Positions 28,895-39,233 are shown, numbered from the stretch's first letter. The stretch: DNA of 40,514 nt from Bdellovibrionota bacterium (GCA_044356425.1 JBIKWG010000001.1:1-40514), one strand, 5' to 3'. Program-made: numbers and translations. The notes: generated from the sequence alone by a model not told the origin.

Positions 28895-29653
28895 ATGGGT
28901 GGACTGATTTCAATCTGTAAGCGAGAACTTTTATCTTTCTTTGTTTCGCCTGTGGCATACTTTGTAATTATGGGCTTTACCCTGCTCGCCGGGTATTTTT
29001 TCTTTGGATTGCTCTTTGCGTTTGATGAAGCCTACAAAGCTGCTGCAGCATATGGCCAGAGCCCGCCAAATCTGAACCAAATTATAGAGTATCTCTATCA
29101 AACGCTGCTTGTAGTTCTAGTGTTCTTTGTGCCTTTGCTGACTATGCGCACTGTCGCCGAAGAGAAGAGTAAAGGAACCTTTGAGCTCTTGATAACATCG
29201 CCGGTGTCGATAACTCAGGTGGTGCTTGGAAAGTTTTTAAGCTTAGCGATCATCGTGATTGTAATGATCGGCCTTGCGTCGGCATTTCCTTTGATACTGA
29301 TTCAGTACGGAAATCCAGAAGTTCTTCCGATATTTTCGGGCTTTTTGGGCGTTACGCTGTATACGTTGGCGTTTGTTAGCATCAGCATGGCGGTTTCTTC
29401 TTTTACTGAAAACCAGATCGTAGCCGGAATTAGTAGTATGGTCATACTGCTGCTATTATTTATGGTGGAACGGCTGGGCGGCACTCAGCAAGGTATCTGG
29501 CTGTCAGTTGTTCAGTATCTTTCTCCGTATCGCCAGGCGGCGCTTTTTGTCGGCGGCGTCATTTCGCTCAAGGCAACCGTTTACTTTCTCAGTCTGATTA
29601 CAATCGGTATTTTTGCATCTCAGCGTGCTCTTGAAGCATATCGCTGGCGATAG
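28895..29653 (+). CDS. ABC-2 type transporter permease (GldF-like)
   Basis: 252 aa with about 6 TM helices. AAGGAG RBS. It starts 14 nt after the ATPase gene. Confidence 0.85.
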   Translation: MGGLISICKRELLSFFVSPVAYFVIMGFTLLAGYFFFGLLFAFDEAYKAAAAYGQSPPNLNQIIEYLYQTLLVVLVFFVPLLTMRTVAEEKSKGTFELLITSPVSITQVVLGKFLSLAIIVIVMIGLASAFPLILIQYGNPEVLPIFSGFLGVTLYTLAFVSISMAVSSFTENQIVAGISSMVILLLLFMVERLGGTQQGIWLSVVQYLSPYRQAALFVGGVISLKATVYFLSLITIGIFASQRALEAYRWR

Positions 29654-29675
29654 CTCCTTTTGTGTAGGGTGAAAT

Positions 29676-31310
29676 ATGGAAATAGCTCTTCGATTTAGTG
29701 GATATCTTGGTTTAGTACTTCTTGGTTTCGGGCTTGCTGGGGCCGCGTACATGCGCTCGATTGGCGAGCAGCCGGTGATTCTTTTGCATATAGTGGGCGG
29801 AGTGCTTTGTCTTCTGGCATGGGCTGCAACCGGCGGGACCGAAAAGTTTTCAGGAGCGCGCTCTGCAATGGCTGGCCGTCGCGCTCGTTATGGGTACCAT
29901 CTCATAGCTTACTCAGCTGTGTTTGCAGGTTTGGTTGTTGTTGCCAACATCTTCGCCAATTTGAATGAGTTTCGCTGGGATGTTACTGAGCAGGGTGTTC
30001 AGAGCCTAGCTCCAAAAAGTGCGTCACTGCTCTCTTCTTTAAAGAAGCCGCTGCGGATCGTTGCTATTGATTCTCCTCCAACACAGACGTTTATGGGCGG
30101 CGAAGATCCGGTTGCATGGAGAGAGAGAGTTACCAAGCTTCTTGATCTCTACAAGTATCACAATCGAAAAATGGTTAGCGTAGAAGTACTCGATCCTCGC
30201 GCCAAGCCGGTTGAGCTTGATCGGCTTGGCATGAAGCCAGGCAATCTCTTGTACCTTCAGTATGGTGAGGGTGATGCCAAGGTTGTTAATCGTCTTAATC
30301 AGATTGACGAGCAGTCAATCACAAATGCAGCGTTGAAGCTGACTCGCGGAGAATCGAAGAAGGTTTACTATGTAGAAGGTCATGGCGAGCCGCAGCTTGA
30401 GTCGGTTGCTGAAGGTGGAATGAAAGAGTTCGCGGATGCCCTCGGTGATGAGAGCGTTAAGGTTGAAGGGCTGAGCCTTGCGCAGACCGGGGCGGTTCCG
30501 AGTGACGCTGCTGCCGTGATTCTAGCAGCGCCTGAGCGTAATCTTCCGCAGGTTGAGCTGGACGCGCTTAGCAAGTATGCGGAAGACGGTGGACGTCTTA
30601 TCCTTTTAGCCAATATAGAGGACCGTAATTCGTCGAGTGTTCGTGACCTTGCCGGAAAGTTCGGAATCGATATTGGTAATGACTTGATTTTAGACGAACA
30701 GCTAAAGCTCTTTTCAAGTCCAGGAATCGGTGTGCAGTTTTCCGCACGAGCCTTTGGAGTTCATGCCATAACATCTGGCCTCTCTAAAGCAGACCCGCCC
30801 GTGTTTTCATTTGCTTCGAGTGTAACCGGTAAGAAAGATGCCGCTGAGGGTGTTTCTTATACAGAGCTTCTTAAGTCAGGGGCCAGGTCATGGGCCGAGA
30901 AGAGCCTGGATCTGATCTTCTCAGCGCAAGAGCCAACTGCAGCAAAAGATGCCAGCGATGTAGCCGGTCCAATATCCCTAGCAGTGGCGTATGAAAAGAA
31001 GCTTTCAGCTGGCAGCGGGGATGACTCGTTCGAAAAGATGTCGCGAATCGTAGTATTTGGTGATGCTACCTGGGTGCAAAACGGAAATCTTGCCGTCACA
31101 GGTAATCGGGATCTCTTTCTTAGCGCTGTTAATTGGACGCTTGGAGAGGAAGGTGGTGTAGTGATTGGACCTAAGAGCATGCGGCCTTCCACAGCTCGGT
31201 TTCCCGTGTCTGATTTTAATATGATCCTTGCGCTAAGCTTCATCGGACCTGAGCTCATCTTGTTACTCGGGTTGTTTATCTGGTGGAGACGCAAGGTGGC
31301 ATTGGCATAA
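29676..31310 (+). CDS. GldG-family ABC transporter auxiliary component
   Basis: 544 aa. N-terminal TM helices, a large extracytoplasmic domain, and a C-terminal TM plus WWRRK. Position and architecture match the ABC_transp_aux/GldG family (from memory). Confidence 0.7.
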   Translation: MEIALRFSGYLGLVLLGFGLAGAAYMRSIGEQPVILLHIVGGVLCLLAWAATGGTEKFSGARSAMAGRRARYGYHLIAYSAVFAGLVVVANIFANLNEFRWDVTEQGVQSLAPKSASLLSSLKKPLRIVAIDSPPTQTFMGGEDPVAWRERVTKLLDLYKYHNRKMVSVEVLDPRAKPVELDRLGMKPGNLLYLQYGEGDAKVVNRLNQIDEQSITNAALKLTRGESKKVYYVEGHGEPQLESVAEGGMKEFADALGDESVKVEGLSLAQTGAVPSDAAAVILAAPERNLPQVELDALSKYAEDGGRLILLANIEDRNSSSVRDLAGKFGIDIGNDLILDEQLKLFSSPGIGVQFSARAFGVHAITSGLSKADPPVFSFASSVTGKKDAAEGVSYTELLKSGARSWAEKSLDLIFSAQEPTAAKDASDVAGPISLAVAYEKKLSAGSGDDSFEKMSRIVVFGDATWVQNGNLAVTGNRDLFLSAVNWTLGEEGGVVIGPKSMRPSTARFPVSDFNMILALSFIGPELILLLGLFIWWRRKVALA

Positions 31311-31314
31311 GGGT

Positions 31315-32805
31315 ATGAACGTAAAAAAAACTCTCTTTCTGGCACTGATATTGGGGCTAGCGGTGGTGTACCTAACCCAGGTTTCATTGCCTTCGCGTGA
31401 GCAATCGGCAAAGCACAATATCGCCCTTCGTGGTGTAAAGGCAGTAGCTTTACGCGAATTGAGTGTCGCACGGCGTGAATATGCCGGGGCAGAGGAGTCA
31501 ACGTATAAGCTTGAAAATGCTGAGCCGATAGCGAACGCTAGAAGAACAGATGCGGGCATGGCCGATGTGAGTGCTGCTATCGGCACATGGTCGGTCGCAG
31601 GAAGAGGAAATATGGCTCTTGATGAGCCCGGAGTCCGCGATCTGCTAACTACCCTTGAGCGGTTGACCGTGGAGGGTCCCGTAAGTGAGAGCGAACTCGA
31701 CAAAGATTTTTCAGTGTACGGTCTGCATAGCCCAGTTCTGACGCTGACAATCGGTGCAGCCGGGCCGGCCGCAGAATTGGTTGAGGTAGCGTTCGGCAAG
31801 AAGAATGAATACCTCAGCAAGCGCTACGTTAAGATATCGGGCCGCAGCGGTGTATACCTTGCAGATGAAGGTGCTTTTGGCGCGCTTAACAAGAGCTTGA
31901 AAGATATCCGTTCAAAGAATCCAATCGCTTTCTCTGATGATACGATTAAATCCTTTGTAGCTGCATCAGCAAAAGGAACGGTAACCGTCGAAAAAGAGTC
32001 ATCAAAAGAGTGGCGCATAATGGATCCTTACATCCGCCCTGCATCTGCCCTGGCTGTGAAGACACTTCTGGATTCATTGCGTTCGCTGCGTGCAGTTGAA
32101 TTTATTGACCGCGGCAGAGAGGCATACAAAGAGTATGGTCTTGCTACGCCACGTGCATCTGTAAGGCTTTTCTACTCTGATCAGAGAGTGCCAGGGCACC
32201 TCGAAGTTTTGATAGGTGCTTCAACAGTGGGTGCACAGAGCGGTGAGGTAACTTATTTTACTTTCACGGGCGCGCCATCAATTTATAAAGCGAGCACCAG
32301 TGACCTTACGCCGTTTATGGTGACTGCAGACGATCTTCGTGAGCGTAAAATTTTGAATGTAAAAGTAGCTGATATTCAAAAAATTGCGGCATCAGGACCT
32401 TCTGTAGCCAGTGTTGAGGTCGAAGCTAATGCTACTGACTGGACTGTGAATGGAAAGAAGAGCGATCCGTTCTTCGTTGAGCAGTATCTAAACGACCTGG
32501 CAAACCTTGAGGCAGCGCAGTTTACGACAGAGCCGGCGGATTCATCTTTTGAGAAGCCGTATATGACAATCGTAATAACCAAGAAGGGAGAGGCCAAAGA
32601 GCAGATAACTCTCGTTGTTGGAGCTGAGGTCGTTACCCGCTCGGGTGCACATCGCTTCATGCAAGTAGCGCCGGATGGCGAGCCCGTCTTGGTCAGTGAT
32701 ATTGAGGCTAAACGGATAGTTCCACACGAGGAGGCCTTAATCGAGAAGGTAAGTGCAGCTCCGACACCCCTAGGGGTGCCTGATGTTGCGCCAACCGCCC
32801 CGTAA
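31315..32805 (+). CDS. DUF4340-like membrane-anchored protein
   Basis: 496 aa. N-terminal anchor KKTLFLALILGLAVVYL. It starts 4 nt after the GldG-like gene, which is the usual position of DUF4340 proteins. Confidence 0.6.
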   Translation: MNVKKTLFLALILGLAVVYLTQVSLPSREQSAKHNIALRGVKAVALRELSVARREYAGAEESTYKLENAEPIANARRTDAGMADVSAAIGTWSVAGRGNMALDEPGVRDLLTTLERLTVEGPVSESELDKDFSVYGLHSPVLTLTIGAAGPAAELVEVAFGKKNEYLSKRYVKISGRSGVYLADEGAFGALNKSLKDIRSKNPIAFSDDTIKSFVAASAKGTVTVEKESSKEWRIMDPYIRPASALAVKTLLDSLRSLRAVEFIDRGREAYKEYGLATPRASVRLFYSDQRVPGHLEVLIGASTVGAQSGEVTYFTFTGAPSIYKASTSDLTPFMVTADDLRERKILNVKVADIQKIAASGPSVASVEVEANATDWTVNGKKSDPFFVEQYLNDLANLEAAQFTTEPADSSFEKPYMTIVITKKGEAKEQITLVVGAEVVTRSGAHRFMQVAPDGEPVLVSDIEAKRIVPHEEALIEKVSAAPTPLGVPDVAPTAP

Positions 32806-32877
32806 GGGGTAATGATATGGCTCTATGACTAAGCCTTTGCCTTGCTTGCCAAGGTCGGCGCTAACCTCTCGGTTGAG

Positions 32878-35301
32878 ATGTTTAAAAAGCTCTTCCTTAC
32901 GCTCCTGACGTGTGCCCTTGGTGGAGCAGTCGTAGCCTCGTTGTTTGCAACTTGGGGATACTTTTATCTAACGCGCGATCTACCGAAGCTAACGCGAATC
33001 GAAGATTATAAGCCTCCCGCCGTTACTCGGGTGTTGAGTAGTGAGGGCAACCTGCTGGCAGAGTTTTTCTCAGAGCGACGCTACCCGGTAAAGCTGCAAG
33101 AGGTTCCTGACCTAGTTCGAAGTGCATTTCTTGCGGCTGAAGACGCCTCGTTCTATCGCCACTCAGGCATCGATCCAGTGAGTATCTTGCGCGCGGCTGT
33201 TAAAAACATGCAAAGCGGCAACGTAAAACAGGGTGCCTCGACGATTACTCAGCAAGTTGTTAAGAATCTTCTCCTTACGCCTGAGAAGAGTTTGGTTAGA
33301 AAAGCTAAGGAAGCGATCCTTTCGTATCGTCTGGAAAGACGCTTTTCTAAGGATGAGATCTTTGAGATCTATCTTAATCAGATATTCTTCGGTAACAACG
33401 CCTACGGCATCAAGGCTGCCGTTCGCCTCTATTATCACAAAGAGCTTCCAGAGGTTTCGCTTGCCGAGGCGGCTTTCTTGGCTGGCTTGCCAAAGGCGCC
33501 CAGCAGCTACTCGCCACTGAAAAATTATAAGCGCGCTAAGCAGCGTCAAGTGCAGGTTCTGCGTCAGATGGTAGAAGCTGGGTTCATCACCCAGGCGCGA
33601 ATGGATGATGCGGTCAGAGAGCAAGTCACTTTTTATCCGTCAACGCAGCAAAATGTTTTCGGTTCGCCCTACTACGTAGGTGAGGTGCGACGGGTTTTTG
33701 CAGAGAAGTGGAAGGATCTTGATCTGGACGCTGATGGTCTTGAGGTAACAACCGCGGTGGATGCTGCTGCTGATCGCTTTGCGATGCAGGCGCTTCGTAA
33801 GGGATTGCGAGAGGTGGACAAGCGACGTGGATGGCGCGGCCCGCGGGGGCGCATGACTGAGAGCGCATACCTTGCAAATAACAGTTCTATTATTCCGCAA
33901 GAAGGAGAGGTATATCCAGCACTGGTTCGATCGGTTAGTCGAGGAATAGCAAAAGTTGTTCTTGGTAAGCAGGTTGTAACCGTTGACACCAACGAATCTA
34001 CGTGGGCAAAAAAGTTCTTACAGGCAGATGATACAACACGCTTTGCAGCGCCTGCGGATATCTTAAAAGAGGGTGACCTTGTTGAAGTCGCTCTGAAAGA
34101 GCTGCCTGCCTCCAAAGACCAAAAGGCAGGCAAGCGTTTTGTTCTTGATCAAACTCCGGAGGTCGAAGGAGCTGTGGTGCTTTTAGACCCGTTCTCTGGT
34201 GCTGTGCGTGCAATGGCCGGTGGATACGATTACAATCAGAGCCAGTTTAATCGTGTTACGCAATCGCTGCGGCAGCCTGGTTCTTCTTTTAAACCCGTGG
34301 TGTATCTGGCTGCTATCGACAAGTACAAGTATCCGCCAGCTACTACCGTGCATGATAGCCCGCGCACCTTCCGCGTTGGAGATACCTTTTGGACGCCCGG
34401 TAACTTTGATGAAAAGTTTCTCGGTCCGATAACCCTTCGGACTGCGTTAGAGAAGTCTCGAAACCTGGTGTCAGCAGATATCGTATCTCGCATTGGAGTT
34501 GACGCGCCGATTAACTATGCCCGCATGCTTGGAATTACAAGTCCATTGGGGCGCAATCTTTCGCTGTCGCTAGGAAGTGGAGAGGTAACCGTTTTAGAGA
34601 TGTCTCGTGCATACGGGGTGCTTGCTGCAAAAGGCGTGTCGTTTAATTCAGTCTTTGTTACCCGCATCAAGGATCGGTACGGCCGGGTGTTGTACGACTA
34701 TGAGCATGAGCGCTTGGGAAGCGCTCATCAGGTGCTGGATGAAAATAGCGCGTTCGTGCTGACAAACATGATGAAGGGTGTGATTGAGAATGGTACTGGA
34801 TATAAAATTAAGGAGCTGGGGCGACCAGTAGCTGGCAAAACCGGAACATCCAACGATCAGATGGACGCTTGGTTTATTGGCTTTACTCCGAACTGGGTCT
34901 GCGGAGTCTGGGTGGGATTCGACCAGAAGAAGCAGATTGGGGCTAAAGAAACAGGTGGAGTGGTCTCAGCACCCATTTGGCTCAATTTTATGCGTGAATT
35001 TTTAGCGCACAGCAAAGATCGGAGCAGTGATGGCCTTGAGCGCGAGGCGAGAGAAGAGGCCGAACGTATCGGAATTGAGTATTCACCACCAACAGCAACA
35101 GAGCAGCTTGACTTTAGCGCTCCCGACGGAGTCGAAGCGTTCTGGGTGGACAAATCAAGTGGCAGACGCACCGCAGAGGGCGCGCCTGGCGCTATCCTGG
35201 AGTATTTTGTAAAAGGTACAGAGCCTTCTGAGGAGGCACCAGCTCCGTCAGGCGACGATGAAGAGAGTGCTAGCTCTTACTTTGAGTCGCCCGAGCTGTA
35301 G
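32878..35301 (+). CDS. Penicillin-binding protein 1A (bifunctional transglycosylase/transpeptidase)
   Basis: GT51 motifs EDASFYRH, GASTITQQ and RKAKEAILSYRLE. Transpeptidase motifs SSFKP, SRN and KTGT. I chose the ATG at 32878 over the TTG at 32842. Confidence 0.93.
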   Translation: MFKKLFLTLLTCALGGAVVASLFATWGYFYLTRDLPKLTRIEDYKPPAVTRVLSSEGNLLAEFFSERRYPVKLQEVPDLVRSAFLAAEDASFYRHSGIDPVSILRAAVKNMQSGNVKQGASTITQQVVKNLLLTPEKSLVRKAKEAILSYRLERRFSKDEIFEIYLNQIFFGNNAYGIKAAVRLYYHKELPEVSLAEAAFLAGLPKAPSSYSPLKNYKRAKQRQVQVLRQMVEAGFITQARMDDAVREQVTFYPSTQQNVFGSPYYVGEVRRVFAEKWKDLDLDADGLEVTTAVDAAADRFAMQALRKGLREVDKRRGWRGPRGRMTESAYLANNSSIIPQEGEVYPALVRSVSRGIAKVVLGKQVVTVDTNESTWAKKFLQADDTTRFAAPADILKEGDLVEVALKELPASKDQKAGKRFVLDQTPEVEGAVVLLDPFSGAVRAMAGGYDYNQSQFNRVTQSLRQPGSSFKPVVYLAAIDKYKYPPATTVHDSPRTFRVGDTFWTPGNFDEKFLGPITLRTALEKSRNLVSADIVSRIGVDAPINYARMLGITSPLGRNLSLSLGSGEVTVLEMSRAYGVLAAKGVSFNSVFVTRIKDRYGRVLYDYEHERLGSAHQVLDENSAFVLTNMMKGVIENGTGYKIKELGRPVAGKTGTSNDQMDAWFIGFTPNWVCGVWVGFDQKKQIGAKETGGVVSAPIWLNFMREFLAHSKDRSSDGLEREAREEAERIGIEYSPPTATEQLDFSAPDGVEAFWVDKSSGRRTAEGAPGAILEYFVKGTEPSEEAPAPSGDDEESASSYFESPEL

Positions 35302-35321
35302 CAGCGAACGGATCTGCAGGG

Positions 35322-35981
35322 TTAGCGCCCACCTTCTCTGATAAAGACTGTGAGCTTGATGATTCGATCGCCTTCACCGAGTTTTTCAAGAACATCGCGT
35401 CCACCAACTACCTTACCAAAGATGGTGTATTGCCCATCTAAATGTGGGGCATCGCCTAAAAGTAAATGAAATTGGCTTCCGCTTGAACGGCGCTGGGGAT
35501 TAACCAGTCGTCCGCTTGCTTGAGACCTGTCGGGAGCTCGGGCCATCCCCAAGGTTCCTGGAGTGTGGTGCCGAGCGCTGAATTCAGGTGGCAGGGAGTA
35601 TCCGGGTCCTCCAAATCCGTTTCCACGTGGATCACCGCCTTGAATCAGGTAGCCCGGCTTAAACAGATGAAAAAAGAGCTGGTTGTAAAAGCCCTTATCC
35701 GCAAGATATTTGAAGTTGGCAACGTGCCAGGGTGCCTCTTCTGGAAAAAGCTCCATGAAGATGCTCCCTCTGGAAGTTTCTAGGATGGCGCTTCGAATCT
35801 TCAGCAGTTCAGATCGCGGCGGCAGCTCAAATGGCGGCTCAGAGTCGGCCAGGGCAATTGAGTGGTAGGGTAGGAAAACCGCTACAAGTATCAGTAACCA
35901 CAGGGTTAGTTGAAAAGTCGGTTGCCTTGATGGATGCATTACACCCTGATAACGGTTGCTGTTAAATGAAATTGCTCTCAT
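35322..35981 (-). CDS. Cyclophilin-type peptidyl-prolyl isomerase, exported
   Basis: C-terminal cyclophilin domain (FHLFKPGYLIQGGDP, GSQFHLLLG, YTIFGKVVGG) and signal-like TFQLTLWLLILVAVFLPYHSIALA. The start is ATG at 35981 or 35939. The TTG at 36158 is unlikely. Confidence 0.85.
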   Translation of the reverse strand: MRAISFNSNRYQGVMHPSRQPTFQLTLWLLILVAVFLPYHSIALADSEPPFELPPRSELLKIRSAILETSRGSIFMELFPEEAPWHVANFKYLADKGFYNQLFFHLFKPGYLIQGGDPRGNGFGGPGYSLPPEFSARHHTPGTLGMARAPDRSQASGRLVNPQRRSSGSQFHLLLGDAPHLDGQYTIFGKVVGGRDVLEKLGEGDRIIKLTVFIREGGR

Positions 35982-36420
35982 ATCTGCTTTTCCTATAATC
36001 CCTCGTCGCTGGTCCTTAAGGAAGCCTGATAGCGCAGTAAACCCCAGGGTAGTGCAACCGGCTCTACCGGTGACCGGAAAGTAAAAGTTGGGTTGATTTT
36101 CAATATTTGGTGAGAGAGGTAGAGATACATAGAGCGAGAGCCGGAAGTGTATCCGCAAATCGACTGAGACCTCGGCGGTAGCCCAAGGCTTTCGCCGCAG
36201 GAAGGGGGGGATCTCGCTTTCCTAGCCTATCCCGTTGGAGAATATAGATTTTCTCGCTAGCGGCATCTGCGCTGCATTACTATAGTATATGAGGCGGCAA
36301 CCGTTCGTGGTGGTCGTTGCCTATGAATAGGTCTATCTTGGAACAAGATACGATGTGTGGAGCTTGCAATGCTCTCCGCCGATTCCTTTGGGCGTTTAGC
36401 TTTCTGTTTTAGGTGGCTCG

Positions 36421-38559
36421 TTGATCGGGTTTTGTAAAAGATGCATCACCACGTGGCTCATAGCTTCCGCTGTGGCGATGACCTGTGCAGATCCTGCGGC
36501 ATACGCTGAAGAGCGCGAGCTGCCAACGCAACGCTCTGCTCTCGATGCGGTATTACTGATAGATGCCTCGGGGTCAATGAACCTTACTGATCCGATGCGA
36601 CTCCGCTATCAGGGGGCGAAGCTCTTGCTGCAGTTTTTGGGTGAGAAGGATCGCGTAGCGGTTGTATCTTTCTCTGATAAAGCAACTATTGTTCGGGACC
36701 TCCAGCCGTTTACAGCGAGCACTGCTTCGCAGGTCGAGCAAGATATCGAGGGCATCAAGGCAGAGGGTCGATTTACCGATCTTTTTGAGGCTGTAAAGAC
36801 AGGCAAGCAGGTGCTTGATATGAATCCGCGCGAAGATGCGCAGCGGGTGGTTATCCTGCTCTCTGACGGAAAGATGGAGCCCGATCCTGCAGTTGGTCTT
36901 CCCATGGCGCGTACGCAGGACCTAGTTGACGAAATCTTGCCAGAGCTAAAGTCGACAGAGACTAAGGTTCATACCCTAGCTTTTAGCGAGGGGGCTGATA
37001 AAGAGCTGCTCTCTGAGATCGCTGGCGCAACAGATGGGTTAAACTGGTTTACCCTTTCGGCTGCCGATATTCACAAGTCCTTTGCGGATCTCTTTCTGGC
37101 TGTAAAGCGTCCACAAGTTGTCGCGATGACTAGTCGTGGATTTAGGTTAGATGAGGACGTTGAGGAAGCAACATTCTATGTAAATCGTCAAGAAGGTGGC
37201 GTTGTAACCCTCGTCAGTCCAAAAAATGATGAGATGACTGCTGAGTCTCATCCAGAATGGATAACGTGGTTCTCTGGTCAGGGTTTCGATGTGATTACGA
37301 TGAAAGAGCCCGATCCTGGTGATTGGGAAGTTCGCGGCGTTGTAGCAACTGATGGCTTTGCCACAGTGCTTACCAATCTCAAACTACTAACCGATTGGCC
37401 TTCGATCATCAGAGCAGATGATAAAGTCTTGGTTCAGGTGCGGCTCTATGAAGCTGAGAAGCCCGTAGCGATACCTGAGATGAGTGGGGTAATCAAATAT
37501 GCATTTCAAGTAACCCCAACAGATAAGGTTTCTGAGCCGATAGTTCGAGACGTTCTGAATGATGAGGGCAAGAACGGCGACCGTGTTGCTAAGGATGGCA
37601 TCTTTTCAGGGGTTGTTTCATTTGCTGAGCCCGGAGAGTATCGTTTAACAGTCGTTGCGCGAGGGCCGACATTCCAGCGCAGCCAGCAGTTGCCGTTCCG
37701 TGTGCGCCCGCGCTTGATCACTTTGCAGATCATCCCGCCTTTAGAAGAAGATACGCACATCATCGAAGACACCTCCCATGAAAATGGGGCTGAACACGCC
37801 GAAGAGGGCGAAGAAGCTGCAGCTGATACTGAAGCTCAGAAGAAGAAGATCCCAGTTGTTAAGGGAGACCCGCGCTACGTTTTTCGAGTTGAGTTGAGCA
37901 AAGAGGTAACAGCTTTTCGAATGGTCGATGTAAAGTTGATGGCTAAAGCAGGCGACCGGCGTCGTTATGAACTGCCGCTTAAGCGCTCGCTCAGCAATCA
38001 GCTTCAATATGAGTTTCAAGCTGGAGCGCTTCCCGAGGACGGACAGTACCTGCTTCAAGCCTTCCTAAACGCAGAGACAAAGAAGCGTATAGAAGTTGAA
38101 GCTGACAGCAAGAAGGTAATCTTTGAGCGTGGCTCTGAGATTCATAAAGCAGATACCTCAGTTCGGGTGGTGTTGCAGCAGGAAGAGAAGAAGGAGGAGC
38201 CTCCTGGGCTCCCGCTGCTTCCGTTGGGAGTTGTGACTGGTGCTAACTTAGTTGCGTATCTAATCGGTATGAAGTTAACCGCTGGTGGTAAGCAGAAGGG
38301 GCTCTCTGCTGGAAGCAAATATCGACCTTCGCAGCAGATACTCGATGCTATTGCAGCGCTTGAGACACAGGCATCTGCATCTGAGATCGATCTTTCCAAT
38401 CCGATCTTTGCAGGTCTTGAAGATTCTCTCGAGGCAATTACGCCTGATGCGCAACCAGCAGAACCGGCAGCGGCTCCAGCAGCTCCTGCAGAGCCTCCTC
38501 AGGCAGCAGCTGCTAGTGCTGATACAGCAGAGACACCAACAGTTTCGGAAGAATCCTAG
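36421..38559 (+). CDS. Exported von Willebrand factor A (VWA) domain protein with C-terminal TM anchor
   Basis: 712 aa. TTG start with AGGTGG upstream. Signal peptide, MIDAS DASGSM, LLSDGK, and an NGDRVAKDGIFSG motif. TM LPLLPLGVVTGANLVAYLIGM lies near residue 600, followed by a Pro/Ala/Glu-rich tail. Confidence 0.82.
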   Translation: MIGFCKRCITTWLIASAVAMTCADPAAYAEERELPTQRSALDAVLLIDASGSMNLTDPMRLRYQGAKLLLQFLGEKDRVAVVSFSDKATIVRDLQPFTASTASQVEQDIEGIKAEGRFTDLFEAVKTGKQVLDMNPREDAQRVVILLSDGKMEPDPAVGLPMARTQDLVDEILPELKSTETKVHTLAFSEGADKELLSEIAGATDGLNWFTLSAADIHKSFADLFLAVKRPQVVAMTSRGFRLDEDVEEATFYVNRQEGGVVTLVSPKNDEMTAESHPEWITWFSGQGFDVITMKEPDPGDWEVRGVVATDGFATVLTNLKLLTDWPSIIRADDKVLVQVRLYEAEKPVAIPEMSGVIKYAFQVTPTDKVSEPIVRDVLNDEGKNGDRVAKDGIFSGVVSFAEPGEYRLTVVARGPTFQRSQQLPFRVRPRLITLQIIPPLEEDTHIIEDTSHENGAEHAEEGEEAAADTEAQKKKIPVVKGDPRYVFRVELSKEVTAFRMVDVKLMAKAGDRRRYELPLKRSLSNQLQYEFQAGALPEDGQYLLQAFLNAETKKRIEVEADSKKVIFERGSEIHKADTSVRVVLQQEEKKEEPPGLPLLPLGVVTGANLVAYLIGMKLTAGGKQKGLSAGSKYRPSQQILDAIAALETQASASEIDLSNPIFAGLEDSLEAITPDAQPAEPAAAPAAPAEPPQAAAASADTAETPTVSEES

Positions 38560-38570
38560 GGAGTTAGCGC

Positions 38571-39233
38571 ATGGAGATTCTGATCCTCATTCTTGGGATT
38601 ATCGAAGCCGGGGCGGTTGGGTTTCTGATATTTAATCGAGCAAAGGGCATGAACTCGGGCAATATCGCCGCGCATGGAAATGCCATAGACGAGCTACAAC
38701 AAAAAAAAGAGATATTTGAGCGTGCAAGCACTTTGCGTGCAGAGCTGCTCGACCCGTCTCAGATTAAAGACCAAGCGAAGGCATACCTGATTGCTCGTGA
38801 ATCGCTTAAGGCTGAGCGTGGTCGAGTTACTATTACTCAAGCAGAGCTTGAGACTATCGAGGTGCGACTGCGAGAGTTAGATGAGATTGCGCGCGAGCTT
38901 GACGCAAGCATGACCGAAACAAAAGAAGAGATGAAGATCCTAAAGCGCAAGGAAGGTGAGTTGGCTTCTAAGAATGAATCGTTGCGCGGACAAATAAGTG
39001 ATTCAACTACAAAGATGGATGCCATTATCTCAGAGATTGAGTTGTCGGCGCAGATGCAAGAGCAGGTGGTAAGTCTTAAAGCTGAGCTGGCTCAAGCTGA
39101 GGTACAGATAGAGAATTTAATGGGCGAGATCCAGAAAGGAAATGATCAGTATTTTATCTTGAAGAAGCGTTACGATGCGCTTGACATTGAATACGCGCAG
39201 CTTTACGAGAAGTTCGCCGAACAGCAAGGCTAG
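38571..39233 (+). CDS. Membrane-anchored coiled-coil protein, function unknown
   Basis: 220 aa. N-terminal TM MEILILILGIIEAGAVGFLIF followed by about 190 aa of heptad-rich E/K/L/Q sequence. It starts 11 nt after the VWA gene stop. Confidence 0.7.
   Translation: MEILILILGIIEAGAVGFLIFNRAKGMNSGNIAAHGNAIDELQQKKEIFERASTLRAELLDPSQIKDQAKAYLIARESLKAERGRVTITQAELETIEVRLRELDEIARELDASMTETKEEMKILKRKEGELASKNESLRGQISDSTTKMDAIISEIELSAQMQEQVVSLKAELAQAEVQIENLMGEIQKGNDQYFILKKRYDALDIEYAQLYEKFAEQQG

Noticed and set aside
30857-31820. 214-aa and 185-aa minus-strand ORFs overlapping the GldG-like and DUF4340-like genes
   Set aside because: They lie antisense to a tightly coupled four-gene operon with good RBSs. 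Their sequences are low-complexity and Arg/Ser/Pro-rich.
33163-34133. Several 83-153-aa minus-strand ORFs inside the PBP1A gene
   Set aside because: The PBP1A frame carries all GT51 and transpeptidase motifs, so the antisense ORFs are shadow frames.
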